A stretch of 63,990 bases of DNA, filler included, from an uncultured Myxococcia bacterium (GCA_964617105.1; 3 parts of 3 records of this genome joined end to end with filler, not necessarily neighbours in it), one strand, 5' to 3'. Numbered from the whole stretch's first letter, positions 40,446-50,695 are shown. Notes: generated from the sequence alone by a model not told the origin. Program-made: numbers and translations.

Positions 40446-42596
40446 TTAGGTTAACTCAATGAACACACCATTTACCTCAGGGAAATCCAACTGCTGGTAA
40501 AGGGTTGCTTCCAGTTCGACCCACCCAAGAGATGGTAATATTGCCACCCGTTCTGCTTCCCACAAATGAATTGGATATTCAGGCAGTGATGCTGACAATA
40601 AACTCAGGGATTTTTGCTCATTTAACCCTTTAGTTTCATCTTCAACCAATTTTTGCAACAGAGGTTGGCTGTTCATGTCGAAGATCAACTGACGGCCGGC
40701 TTTAATTTCGTTTATACGTTTTAAATAGCCGAGGCATTGTTTTAGGTATTTCCCGCTGCTGTCCTGCACGCGGGAAATTTTTCCAGCAATCCTGGCCAGC
40801 GAAGCGTAAGGCCGGTTTAATTTCCCTGTATCTATTGGTTTATTGACCAGGCTATTTCCCCTTCGAAACTGGTGTAAAAGTATTAGCATGGGCTGGCCAG
40901 CCTTACTTACCGTGTCATATTGCCAGGCTAATATAGAACTCTGAAGGCTGATGAAATCATTGCCCTTTCCATACAGGCAGCACCTTATAAGTTTTCGGCG
41001 CCAGGAGGAAATTGAACCGGAGATGGGAATGTTTTGGTGACGGATAATCTGTTTAAAAATAGTATCCAGTAGTTTATCAACTACCCAAAATGACCGCAAG
41101 GCTGAATTCAGGTCTGGTTCAAAAAAACAATGGGTAAGCACCCTTTTAAATATGGCATTTTCAAGTTGATTGGTGAGGTAGAGATCTTTTTTGTTGTGAG
41201 CAGGTTTGTTTTTATTTTTTAACCAAATATTGTTTATACTCTCTTTTATCTGCGCAACAATTTTTTGGATAAGGCGGTCAATTTCAGGAGGGAGAGAACC
41301 TCTTTCTATGATCTCCATTGTTTGGGAAGGTTGAGAAAGTTTCTCCTCAGAAGTCAACCTAAAATTATCGGCCGGATTTGCCAAAAGTTCTTTTATCAGA
41401 TTGTCGTATTTGCAGAACAGATAATTGGGAAGGTCATAAAAAAAAGCTTTAATAAATGGTATCAACTTATTAACGTTGATGGGTTCTGAATTAGGGCTCT
41501 CTATAGAGTTGACATTTATAATGGCAGTTACAAATTGGTGGATAAGTCTGGCCCAAAAACGATTGGGGATTTTTACCAACTTCTGGTCTGCCAGGTAATT
41601 GAGATAGCAGTAATCAGAACTGAACAAACCAGGGCCGGAGATCTGAACCATTTTTGAGCATAGGATAAAAAAATTCCTACTTAACCGAAACTCTACCGGT
41701 CGCTGTTCTCCGGCAAAGGTATCAATGGCTAGTTTTAACCAATTTTTAAACATCAGAGTCTGGGAATTGTAAATGTAGCCTCTGGAAAAGGCTCCAAACA
41801 GACCAAGTAGGCGCATGAGCAGCAATCTGGCCAACTGATTTTTGCAGGGATGGTTGCGGCAGGTTATATCCTCTATTTGCCTGACAGTAGAGTTAAGTAT
41901 TTGCACTGAAAAAAAACAGGCCAAATGGTCAGCAAGGTTTCGGCGGATATTTTCTGACTGGGAAAAATATTTATCCAAGAGAGTTGAATAATTTTTTTGA
42001 GGTTGGAAACTTAAAGATGGGGCAGAAAAAAAAGCGTAGAAAATTGAGGCGAATAATTTATTGTTGGTTTTTAGACGCCGGGGGCGGCGTAAATTACATT
42101 CAAAAAAGCGCTCTTCAAAACGGTGACATTGGCAGTTATAGAGTCTCCATCTGGGACCATGAACCAGAATTACCCAGGTAATCTCTTTTTTACGACCCTG
42201 ACCTAATAGATTTAGAATAGATCTCTGTAGTTTTTTAGGGTTGGCTTGCCTTTCAACTTCCATTACCAGGGCCACCGCCCTCCCCTTTTTTTCATCAAAA
42301 AGAGAATGTAATTTCAGGTTTTGGTTGGGGTTGGGCTTAACTTGGTAGCCCAAATGCTGGAGCAACAAGAGCGGTTGTTTAGAGAGAGCAAAAAGGTTGG
42401 TTTCAACTTGGCTGATTTCAAGTTTGGTCAGCGCCAGAGCAAATATTTCGGCCAGGTGGCCCTGGGATTTTTCAACTGGTTTACCACTTTTAATCTCCCC
42501 CTTTGGTTCTTTGAGAAGATGGTTGTCTAAAAATGTTAGATCTCTATGAAAATGATATTGGCTGAATAGGTGGTGATTATGATAAAAATGCTTCAC
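40446..42596 (-). CDS. Degenerate Eco57I-like (type IIG/IIL restriction-modification) homologue lacking MTase catalytic motifs
   Basis: N..LFS.Y start, WVILVHGPRWRLY, CLYG..., HQFRRGNSLV, LDFPEV in the expected order; no DPAxGSG or NPPY. Confidence 0.55.
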   Translation of the reverse strand: MKHFYHNHHLFSQYHFHRDLTFLDNHLLKEPKGEIKSGKPVEKSQGHLAEIFALALTKLEISQVETNLFALSKQPLLLLQHLGYQVKPNPNQNLKLHSLFDEKKGRAVALVMEVERQANPKKLQRSILNLLGQGRKKEITWVILVHGPRWRLYNCQCHRFEERFFECNLRRPRRLKTNNKLFASIFYAFFSAPSLSFQPQKNYSTLLDKYFSQSENIRRNLADHLACFFSVQILNSTVRQIEDITCRNHPCKNQLARLLLMRLLGLFGAFSRGYIYNSQTLMFKNWLKLAIDTFAGEQRPVEFRLSRNFFILCSKMVQISGPGLFSSDYCYLNYLADQKLVKIPNRFWARLIHQFVTAIINVNSIESPNSEPINVNKLIPFIKAFFYDLPNYLFCKYDNLIKELLANPADNFRLTSEEKLSQPSQTMEIIERGSLPPEIDRLIQKIVAQIKESINNIWLKNKNKPAHNKKDLYLTNQLENAIFKRVLTHCFFEPDLNSALRSFWVVDKLLDTIFKQIIRHQNIPISGSISSWRRKLIRCCLYGKGNDFISLQSSILAWQYDTVSKAGQPMLILLHQFRRGNSLVNKPIDTGKLNRPYASLARIAGKISRVQDSSGKYLKQCLGYLKRINEIKAGRQLIFDMNSQPLLQKLVEDETKGLNEQKSLSLLSASLPEYPIHLWEAERVAILPSLGWVELEATLYQQLDFPEVNGVFIELT

Positions 42597-42672
42597 ATGG
42601 CTGCCTTATTTATCACCTGCAAACTGCTATTGACTCAAGGACCGGGTCAGATGCAGATTTCTAAGGTAAATA

Positions 42673-43953
42673 CTAAAGTGGTCTGTTATCAATCAATTTA
42701 AAACCAGTATATGGTATTAGAACTTTGGGAATAACAATGCTGCCATCGGCTTGCTGATAGTTCTCCAAGATAGCGATTAAGGCCCGGCTGACCGCCAATG
42801 CAGTGCCGTTTAAGGTGTGAACAAGCCCCTTTCCCTTATCTCCCTTATACTTAATATTAAGGTTCCTGGCCTGGAAATCGGTGCAATTGGACAAACTGGT
42901 GACCTCTCCCCAACTGCCGTCCTCTCCGCGACCCGGCATCCAGGCTTCTAAGTCGTATTTACGAAAAGCGGGACCGCCTAAATCGCCGGTACAGCAATCC
43001 ACCATGCGATAGGGCAATTTTAACTCTTGAAAGATCTCCTCCTCCAATACCAACATTTGCTGAAACATCTCTTCCGACTGGTCCGGATGGGTGAAAGCAA
43101 ACATCTCTACTTTGCTAAATTGATGCACCCGGTATAGCCCTTTAGAAGCGCGTCCGTAGGCTCCGGCCTCGGTCCTGAAGCAGTGAGAAATTCCGGTGTA
43201 TAGTTGTGGTAATTGGCTGACGTGAATGGTTTCGTTCATCAGCATACCGGCAATGGGGATCTCCGAAGTGGCAATAAGGCTCAAGTCGTGATTTTCTATG
43301 GAATAGATCTGGGTTTCTTCACCCCGGGGCGTAAATCCAGTGCCAGTCACCACCTCGGACCGGGCTAGATCTGGTGTGATAAGCGGGGTGTACCCCCTGG
43401 ATACTAATTTGTCCACTGCATATCTGATCAGTGCCAGTTCCATCAGCACTGCCTGGTTTTTTAAAAAGTAGAAATTGCGACCGGCAACCGAAGATCCTTT
43501 TTTAAAATCCACCAGGTCGTGCATCTCTGCCAACTGAACGTGATCAAGCGGTTTGAAATCAAAACTGGTAGGCTCCAAAAATTGGTTGAGCGCTTTGTTA
43601 TCCAGGTCACTATTTCCCTCTGGGGTTTCAGGATGAGATAGATTCGGTATTTTGATCAATTCCGCTTTAAATACCTGGTTGATGTTTTTTAATTGACTCT
43701 CTAGTTCTGAGGACTCTTGTTTTAATTTTTTACCCTCTTCTATATATTTAATGCGAGATTCGTGGTCAGGAGCCTTTTTGGTTTTTTGGGCAATCTCTTT
43801 TTGTTGGTGCCTTAAATTGTCAAATTGAGACTGAACCGATTTTCGTTGTACATAGAGATCATTGAAATATTTTAGGTCTACATTTACTTTGCGCAAATGG
43901 CAGTTTTTTTGGACCAGGTCTAAATTATTTGCAATAAAGTGGGGGTCTAGCAT
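42673..43953 (-). CDS. serS: Serine--tRNA ligase
   Basis: LIATSE, CFRTEAG..G...GLYRVHQF.KVE, SNCTDFQAR, HTLNGT. Confidence 0.96.
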   Translation of the reverse strand: MLDPHFIANNLDLVQKNCHLRKVNVDLKYFNDLYVQRKSVQSQFDNLRHQQKEIAQKTKKAPDHESRIKYIEEGKKLKQESSELESQLKNINQVFKAELIKIPNLSHPETPEGNSDLDNKALNQFLEPTSFDFKPLDHVQLAEMHDLVDFKKGSSVAGRNFYFLKNQAVLMELALIRYAVDKLVSRGYTPLITPDLARSEVVTGTGFTPRGEETQIYSIENHDLSLIATSEIPIAGMLMNETIHVSQLPQLYTGISHCFRTEAGAYGRASKGLYRVHQFSKVEMFAFTHPDQSEEMFQQMLVLEEEIFQELKLPYRMVDCCTGDLGGPAFRKYDLEAWMPGRGEDGSWGEVTSLSNCTDFQARNLNIKYKGDKGKGLVHTLNGTALAVSRALIAILENYQQADGSIVIPKVLIPYTGFKLIDNRPL

Positions 43954-43957
43954 GGTT

Positions 43958-45751
43958 TCAGTCCTTTTTGTGGTGCACTTTTATTTGCAGTTCTTGTAGT
44001 TGTTGTTTAGTTACTTGGTTGGGTGCACCTAGCATCAAATCCTCTACCCGCTGGTTTTTGGGAAAAGGCACCACTTCCCGCAGGTTGGGCTCTCCGGTTA
44101 AAAGCATCACTATCCGTTCTATACCGGGAGCCAGACCGGCATGGGGAGGTGCGCCGAATTTAAAAGCAGAGATCATATGGCCAAATTTGTCATCCACCAT
44201 TTCCTGACTGTATCCAGCAATGGCAAAGGCTTTGTACATTATTTCCGGATCATGATTTCGGACTGCACCGCTGGATAGTTCCAGCCCATTACAAAAAATA
44301 TCGTATTGATAGGCGGTAATCTGCATGGGGTCTTCATTTTCCAGAGTTTTAAGGCCCCCGATGGGCATGGAGAAGGGGTTGTGGGAAAAAACAATCTTTT
44401 TTTCTGTCTCACTATACTCATACATAGGGAAGTCTGTGATCCAACCCCAGGCGAGAGTGGATTTGTCCTGATTCAGTCCCAATTTTTCCGCAATCAGGTT
44501 TCTGAAAGTACCCATAATCGTGCAGGCTTTCATCCATTTGTCAGCACAGACCAGCACCAGATCTTTCTCTTTTGCTCCACACTTATCTTTAACCTGGCTC
44601 AACTCCTGGGCGCTGAAAAATTTCTGCAAATTAGAGGAGATATCGGTTTTATCGGTGAATGTGAGGGCTATCAGGCCCTGGCCGCCCAATTCTTTGGCCA
44701 TTTTATTATACTTATCAACGCTGCTACGGCTGAAAGAGGCACCTGAAGGGACGCATATCGCCCTAATTGAGGACTGGGGGTCTTTGGCAGTATTTTTAAA
44801 TACTCGAAAACCAGAGTTCAGGAAAATATCATCCAGTTCAACCAGTTCCATGCCAAAGCGCAAGTCCGGTTTGTCGGTGCCGAATCGTTCAATAGATTCT
44901 TTAAAGGTAAAGCGGGGAAAGGGAGTTTGAAAAACCTGTTTATTACCCACTTGTTGGGTTAATTGGATCATCAGTCTTTCCACAATATCAAAAATATCTT
45001 CCTGCTCGGCAAAGGAGAGTTCCAGATCCAATTGGTAAAATTCACCGGGACTGCGATCGGCCCTGGCATCTTCATCTCGAAAGCAGGGAGCAATTTGGTA
45101 ATAGCGATCAAAACCTGCTACCATAAGCAATTGCTTGAACTGTTGAGGCGCTTGAGGTAGAGCGTAAAATTTACCTGGATGCACTCTGGATGGGACCAGG
45201 TAATCACGTGCTCCTTCCGGGGAACTATTGGCCAGAATCGGGGTGTGTATCTCTAAAAAATCCTCCTGTTCCATGAATCTACGGATAAAGGAGATAACCT
45301 CGGCTCGTTTTTGCATGTTGCGCAACATCCGCTGGTGTCGTAAGTCCAGAAAACGATATTTCAGGCGCAACTCTTCACTAACCGGAGATTCACGGTAGAT
45401 ATCAAAGGGAAGTTGTTCACATCTATTTAATAGTTTCATCTTTTCAACCAGCAATTCAACCTCTCCGGTGTTCAGTTCCTGGTTCTCTTGTCCAGTTGGA
45501 CGCTGATGCACCTGGCCCTCTACCATCACCACATATTCCGGTTTTATAGTTGACAGTAATTGGCGGCAATGTTCATCGCTATGATCGCCAAAAACAAGTT
45601 GGGTAATACCGTACCGGTCGCGCAGATCGAAAAACATCACCCCTTTGTGATCTCTAATCCGATTCACCCAACCGCATAGTTTTACTTTTTTGTCCTTCCA
45701 CTCTAAATTTAAATCGTTACAGGTTATATCTCTATACTTGTTGGCTCTCAT
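43958..45751 (-). CDS. aspS: Aspartate--tRNA ligase (likely non-discriminating Asp/Asn)
   Basis: PEGARDYLVPSR, CFRDED.R.DR, GAPPHAG; His in RDH and Gly in RPTG match known ND-AspRS determinants. Confidence 0.95.
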   Translation of the reverse strand: MRANKYRDITCNDLNLEWKDKKVKLCGWVNRIRDHKGVMFFDLRDRYGITQLVFGDHSDEHCRQLLSTIKPEYVVMVEGQVHQRPTGQENQELNTGEVELLVEKMKLLNRCEQLPFDIYRESPVSEELRLKYRFLDLRHQRMLRNMQKRAEVISFIRRFMEQEDFLEIHTPILANSSPEGARDYLVPSRVHPGKFYALPQAPQQFKQLLMVAGFDRYYQIAPCFRDEDARADRSPGEFYQLDLELSFAEQEDIFDIVERLMIQLTQQVGNKQVFQTPFPRFTFKESIERFGTDKPDLRFGMELVELDDIFLNSGFRVFKNTAKDPQSSIRAICVPSGASFSRSSVDKYNKMAKELGGQGLIALTFTDKTDISSNLQKFFSAQELSQVKDKCGAKEKDLVLVCADKWMKACTIMGTFRNLIAEKLGLNQDKSTLAWGWITDFPMYEYSETEKKIVFSHNPFSMPIGGLKTLENEDPMQITAYQYDIFCNGLELSSGAVRNHDPEIMYKAFAIAGYSQEMVDDKFGHMISAFKFGAPPHAGLAPGIERIVMLLTGEPNLREVVPFPKNQRVEDLMLGAPNQVTKQQLQELQIKVHHKKD

Positions 45752-45797
45752 TTTTTGCCTCTAACTTTTTTTCTTAATTGAGTGATAAATTTACTTT

Positions 45798-46784
45798 TCA
45801 GGTCTCTTCTATTATTTTATCCACCAGAGAGTCGGTATTAATGGATTCCGCTCCTGCCCGGAAATTTGTAATAATACGATGCCGCAATACTGGATGGGCC
45901 AGGGCCTTTATGTCCTCTTCCGCCACAGTAAATCTTCCCTTAAGCACCGCCCGGGCTTTACTGGCCAGGATAAGGTATTGGCTGGCCCGTGGTCCGGCTC
46001 CATATTTGATATACTGGTTAACCAGTTCAATATTATTCTCTTGGGAGGGCCTGGTGGCACGCACTAGTTTTACCGCATATTCGATAACATTGCCACTAAC
46101 CGGAACTCTGCTCACCAGACGATAGATCTGCAGCAATTTTTCCGGGTCCATTACTTTTTTCAGGCTTTCCTGATAATCGCCGGTGGTTGATCGAACTATT
46201 TCCACCTCCTCATTATGGTCAGGATAGTCGATCATCACCATAAACATAAATCGGTCCAGTTGTGCCTCTGGCAAAGGGTAAGTGCCTTCCTGTTCGATAG
46301 GGTTTTGAGTGGCGAAGACGTGGAATGGACGCTCCACCTGGTAAGTCCGGCCACTGGCGGTTACTGTGTATTCCTGCATGGACTGTAGCAGCGCTGCCTG
46401 AGTTTTCGGTGGAGTACGATTGATCTCATCGGCTAAAATTATATGGTGAAAAACCGGGCCTTTGATAAAACGAAATATTCGCCGGGCGGTGGTGGGATCT
46501 TCGTCAAGAATGTCGGTGCCGGTAATATCGGAAGGCATCAGGTCAGGGGTAAACTGGATGCGATTGAAACTCAAGGCTAAAATATCGGCCAAAGTGCTAA
46601 TCAGCATGGTCTTAGCCAGACCAGGCACCCCGACCAGCAGACAATGCCCCCCGGCGAAGAGGCTGATAATCAATTGCTCAACCACCTCTTTTTGTCCCAC
46701 AATTCTTTTAGATAATTCTTTACTTATCCTGGCGCTTTGATGGGCGATTTCAACCACCAGGTCGGAATCCTTCACCTGATCCAT
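45798..46784 (-). CDS. MoxR-family AAA+ ATPase
   Basis: GVPGLAKT, RIQFTPDLMPSDI, ADEINRTPPKTQ, QEGTYPLPEAQLDRF. Confidence 0.95.
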   Translation of the reverse strand: MDQVKDSDLVVEIAHQSARISKELSKRIVGQKEVVEQLIISLFAGGHCLLVGVPGLAKTMLISTLADILALSFNRIQFTPDLMPSDITGTDILDEDPTTARRIFRFIKGPVFHHIILADEINRTPPKTQAALLQSMQEYTVTASGRTYQVERPFHVFATQNPIEQEGTYPLPEAQLDRFMFMVMIDYPDHNEEVEIVRSTTGDYQESLKKVMDPEKLLQIYRLVSRVPVSGNVIEYAVKLVRATRPSQENNIELVNQYIKYGAGPRASQYLILASKARAVLKGRFTVAEEDIKALAHPVLRHRIITNFRAGAESINTDSLVDKIIEET

Positions 46785-46806
46785 TATTTTTGTAACTCCT
46801 TGTAAA

Positions 46807-48192
46807 TCAACTATCTGCTGCCAATGCCTTTAGATAATTTACCACTTCAGTCCCGTATTCAATCATTTGAAAACCATTGTGTTCCAGATCATTCTGCAGG
46901 TTTTTATTGCGGTGTATCAAGTTGGTAATGGTGGTAAAGGTAGAGTCCAATTGTTTTTTGGTGCGACTAGACTGAATTTTTTGAAAGTAATCACTTGAAT
47001 TGCCATCCATCAGAGATTTGTCCAGCTGTTCTTCAAGCAGGGATGATATTTGTTGGCAGATATCGGTTATATTTTTGGCTGGCACCTGAATGGTAGTTGA
47101 AAATTGGGCTACTTTGTGGGCCAGTACACCGAAAACGCCAAAAGTGGAACTCTCTTTGGCTGCTTTTACCGCTGAATTGATAGAGAGCAGTTCTATTTCA
47201 TCGGCAATATCGATTATAAATTCCATGGATGGTATAGCGCTGGCTGCTGTAAGTCTCACCTCGTCTATCTGCGAAGATATTTCTATCAGAGCGAAAGTAA
47301 AGTGCCTTATCTGCTCAAGGTCTGTCATCAGTTGAATTGATTTGCCTGTATCTTCTCCCAGTTTGGTGAAAATCTCTTCATAAGAAAGAACATTATTTCG
47401 CAACTCATGGAACAAATTGCTAAAAGCGTCCAGTTCCTGGTCCATTTCTTTTTGAACGGCCAGACTTTTTCTTTTGTAGGTGCCTTGTTGAACTATTTCT
47501 TTCTGATTAAACAGCAAACCATCATTTTTGGAAAGAGTTGCAATGGTATTGGTTATGGATTGTAAAGATTGGCGCCAGTTATCTATTAAATCAAACAGTT
47601 GTTGGGCGCATCCTATAAATTTGTTGCCGTTATTGGTGACAAACTGCAAACGGTTGGCCAGAGATTGCCAATTTCCAGTGATTTTTTCCACGAATTCTTC
47701 CAACTTGGTAAAAGCATCGGTAATTATCCTCAACTCTTTTGTGAATTCGTGTATGTTTCGAATAATATTTTTCGATTGGTTTTTAGTTTCATCACTCATG
47801 GTTAAAATTTGGTCGGCGATATTGCTGAAACCATAAATATTCTGTCCTACCCGGGCACTTTCTATCTTAAAGTTGACCGCTACAAATTCCAAACTTTTGC
47901 CTATTCGTAAGATGTCAAGCATATTAAAATGGATTTCGGAAGAGAAAAGCAACAGGGAGTTAAGAGAATCTGAAAATTGCTGTAGTTTATGAACAAATAC
48001 CGGCAATACATTAAAACATTCCCCAATTTCCCGGTCCACTTTTTTTGATAGAGTTAATAGTTTATTATTTTTTTTCAACAGTTGGTCATTATTTTCCCTC
48101 AACTCATCAAATAATCTATCCATGCTCTCGCAGGAAGTGACAAACGGAGGAATAAATTCTTCAATTTTTTCGAGATAAAATTTTTGCGTCAT
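46807..48192 (-). CDS. Soluble coiled-coil protein with two degenerate MCP signalling-domain tips
   Basis: VAVNFKIESARVGQNIYGFSNIADQI and LLSINSAVKAAKESSTFGVFGVLAHKV resemble LALNAAIEAARAG..GRGFAVVA.EV; no TM segment. Confidence 0.6.
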   Translation of the reverse strand: MTQKFYLEKIEEFIPPFVTSCESMDRLFDELRENNDQLLKKNNKLLTLSKKVDREIGECFNVLPVFVHKLQQFSDSLNSLLLFSSEIHFNMLDILRIGKSLEFVAVNFKIESARVGQNIYGFSNIADQILTMSDETKNQSKNIIRNIHEFTKELRIITDAFTKLEEFVEKITGNWQSLANRLQFVTNNGNKFIGCAQQLFDLIDNWRQSLQSITNTIATLSKNDGLLFNQKEIVQQGTYKRKSLAVQKEMDQELDAFSNLFHELRNNVLSYEEIFTKLGEDTGKSIQLMTDLEQIRHFTFALIEISSQIDEVRLTAASAIPSMEFIIDIADEIELLSINSAVKAAKESSTFGVFGVLAHKVAQFSTTIQVPAKNITDICQQISSLLEEQLDKSLMDGNSSDYFQKIQSSRTKKQLDSTFTTITNLIHRNKNLQNDLEHNGFQMIEYGTEVVNYLKALAADS

Positions 48193-48287
48193 ATCTAAAT
48201 TTTAACCGGTTAATCATCACCTTGCCAGTAGGCTATAATTGTGCATATACTATCCAAACAAAAAATTAAAGTCAATTTATTCTCATT

Positions 48288-48932
48288 ATGCAAAAAACCT
48301 TTTTCCAAATTATAATTTTTACCCGGTATCCGGAACCGGGAAAAGCCAAAACCCGGTTGATTCCCGACCTCGGTCCCATGGGTGCGGCGCGTCTGCACCA
48401 GCGGATGACCGAACTGGTTGTGGCTGTGGCTCGAGGTGTAGGTGCCACGGATTATAAAAATGATGTGGGAATCATAGTTTGTTATACCGGCGCTGGTCAA
48501 AAAGATTTTAAAGCCTGGCTGGGACCTGATCTCTGCTATGATCTGCAATCCCCCGGTGATCTGGGTGCCAGAATGAGAGCGGCCTTTGCCAACACTTTTA
48601 ATCACGGTGCCAAGCGGTCCTTGCTTATTGGAGCCGATATTCCAGACATATCCCGGCAAATTTTTCTTCAGGCTTTGGATGGCTTACAAGAACACGATAT
48701 AGTGATAGGCCCGGCGGTGGATGGTGGGTATTACCTGATTGGGATGAAATCTCTTCAGCCAGAGTTGTTTACCTGTATCGATTGGGGAACCAGCCGGGTT
48801 TATTCTCAGAGTCTAGAGATCATTACTCGCCTGGGGCTGACATCAAAAAAACTGCCAATACTAAACGACATAGATCGCCCCGAAGATCTACTCACCTTGC
48901 ACAATGACCCCAGGTTTGAAGATTATTTATGA
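48288..48932 (+). CDS. DUF2064 / TIGR04282-like glycosyltransferase-fold protein
   Basis: FTRYPEPGKAKTRL, GDLGARM, IGADIP, GPAVDGGYYLIG, DIDRPED. Confidence 0.85.
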   Translation: MQKTFFQIIIFTRYPEPGKAKTRLIPDLGPMGAARLHQRMTELVVAVARGVGATDYKNDVGIIVCYTGAGQKDFKAWLGPDLCYDLQSPGDLGARMRAAFANTFNHGAKRSLLIGADIPDISRQIFLQALDGLQEHDIVIGPAVDGGYYLIGMKSLQPELFTCIDWGTSRVYSQSLEIITRLGLTSKKLPILNDIDRPEDLLTLHNDPRFEDYL

Positions 48933-48940
48933 TTGGTAAG

Positions 48941-50695
48941 TTATCTTTTGTATCGAGAGTCCTTTCGGAGGGGGATTAATGCAACCGGCAAGTAGGTGGT
49001 TTCCCCTGCCTTGATGGTGATGGTTTTTACCATTTTTTTAAAACCGCGTTTTTTGATCTCTATTTGGTGACTATCATTAGATAAGTTTTTATGAGAAAAG
49101 AAATATGGATTAGTTACATCCATACCTTGTTTATCAATTTTTATCTTAGCCTTGTGTAATCCTCTTTTAGGTGCGGTGATAACTAAAATTCCATTTCTCT
49201 TTTTTTCCAGGAAAACCGGTAGGGGATCAATAGATGTTATCTCATCAATAACTATCTTTTTAGAGTAATCCCAATAATCATAATGTTTGACTTTTATGAA
49301 ATATTCTCCTGCTACCACATTCTTGATCACACAGGGGCTAGACGAAGCCTCCAGTTTATCGTTAATCCAGATTTCTGCATCGGCCGGAAAGGTGGTAATT
49401 ATTAGCGACCTGGCTTCTGATCGCAGGAAATTAAGGGAAAAAGCGGCTATAACCACAATTAATAATAAAGCGGCAAATACCCATCCCCAGGAAAAGTAGT
49501 TGGTTTCTTTGAAAATGCGAGGCTTTTGCACGGTAATGTTGGTTTGAGTTATATTAACCCTGGATATGGGTGACCGTTTTGTTTTACTAATCCTTTCCCG
49601 TTTTTCCTGGGAAGATGAAGTGGAAATTGGTTCTTTAGTTGACTGTTCGTTGGCTATTTGGGTTGCATCCTGGTGAAACTGATCTTTGTCCATCCCCTGT
49701 TCTTGAGAAGTATTGTCCACGGAACTTTCTAACGTCTCTAGCGAAACGTTTTCCTCTTTTTTATCTTTGGCCAGATCTTTGGCAAACAACTGTCTCATAA
49801 AATCGGTTAAATCACTGCCTGTTGTAACCATATTAAAAGAGATCATATATCTCTGCAGGTCATTAGCCATATCTATAGCGGTATTGTAGCGATCTCCCGG
49901 CTCTTTGGCCAACCCCTTTAGAACAATGCGTTCTAACTCTTTGGGGATTTGTTGGTTAAAAGCCGAAGGCGGGCAGACCTCCACGTTTCGTACTTTTTCC
50001 AGGGTGGAAAAGTCACTTTTTCCAATGAACAGTCTTTCGTTGGTCAGTAGTTCGTAAAAGATAATACCCAGAGCAAAGATATCAGATCTTCCATCTAAAG
50101 GCAGCCCTCTCACTTGCTCGGGTGACATGTACCCAAATTTTCCTTTTAAGATGCCAGCCTGGGTTTTACTGGCTTTAATCGCCGCTTTGGCAATACCAAA
50201 ATCGATTATTTTTATATCACCTTCATAGGAAACCAAAATATTCTGCGGGCTTATATCGCGATGAACTATTCCCAACTGGTGGTCGTTACTGTCTTTCTTT
50301 TTATGGGCATATTCCAACCCTTCCGCTACCTTAGTTATAATGTGGACTATAATAGGTATAGGTACCAGTTTGTTTTGAACTCGCATAGTTTTGAAGATAG
50401 CCCGGACATCCTTGCCGTGTATATATTCCATGGCGATAAAAAAATGGTCCCCGATTTTTCCAAGGTCATATATTTGGGCAATATTAGCATGGGTAAGGTG
50501 ACCGGCAATTTTGGCTTCATCAATGAACATTTGAATGAAATCTTTATCTTCGGCAATGTTAGGCAAAATCCTTTTAATAGCCACCAGTTTTTCAAAACCT
50601 TCAACCCCTCTGGCCTTAGCCAAGTAAACTTCGGCCATGCCGCCAACGTTTATTTTTTTAAGTAGAAAATATTTTCCAAAAGGGATTGATTTCAT
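48941..50695 (-). CDS. Membrane Ser/Thr protein kinase with C-terminal PEGA-like domains
   Basis: FGKY.L...GGMAEV, HRDISPQN, DFGIAK, YMSPEQ, TM helix, PEGA-like T.P..A.I.IN; start moved to ATG 50695. Confidence 0.92.
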   Translation of the reverse strand: MKSIPFGKYFLLKKINVGGMAEVYLAKARGVEGFEKLVAIKRILPNIAEDKDFIQMFIDEAKIAGHLTHANIAQIYDLGKIGDHFFIAMEYIHGKDVRAIFKTMRVQNKLVPIPIIVHIITKVAEGLEYAHKKKDSNDHQLGIVHRDISPQNILVSYEGDIKIIDFGIAKAAIKASKTQAGILKGKFGYMSPEQVRGLPLDGRSDIFALGIIFYELLTNERLFIGKSDFSTLEKVRNVEVCPPSAFNQQIPKELERIVLKGLAKEPGDRYNTAIDMANDLQRYMISFNMVTTGSDLTDFMRQLFAKDLAKDKKEENVSLETLESSVDNTSQEQGMDKDQFHQDATQIANEQSTKEPISTSSSQEKRERISKTKRSPISRVNITQTNITVQKPRIFKETNYFSWGWVFAALLLIVVIAAFSLNFLRSEARSLIITTFPADAEIWINDKLEASSSPCVIKNVVAGEYFIKVKHYDYWDYSKKIVIDEITSIDPLPVFLEKKRNGILVITAPKRGLHKAKIKIDKQGMDVTNPYFFSHKNLSNDSHQIEIKKRGFKKMVKTITIKAGETTYLPVALIPLRKDSRYKR

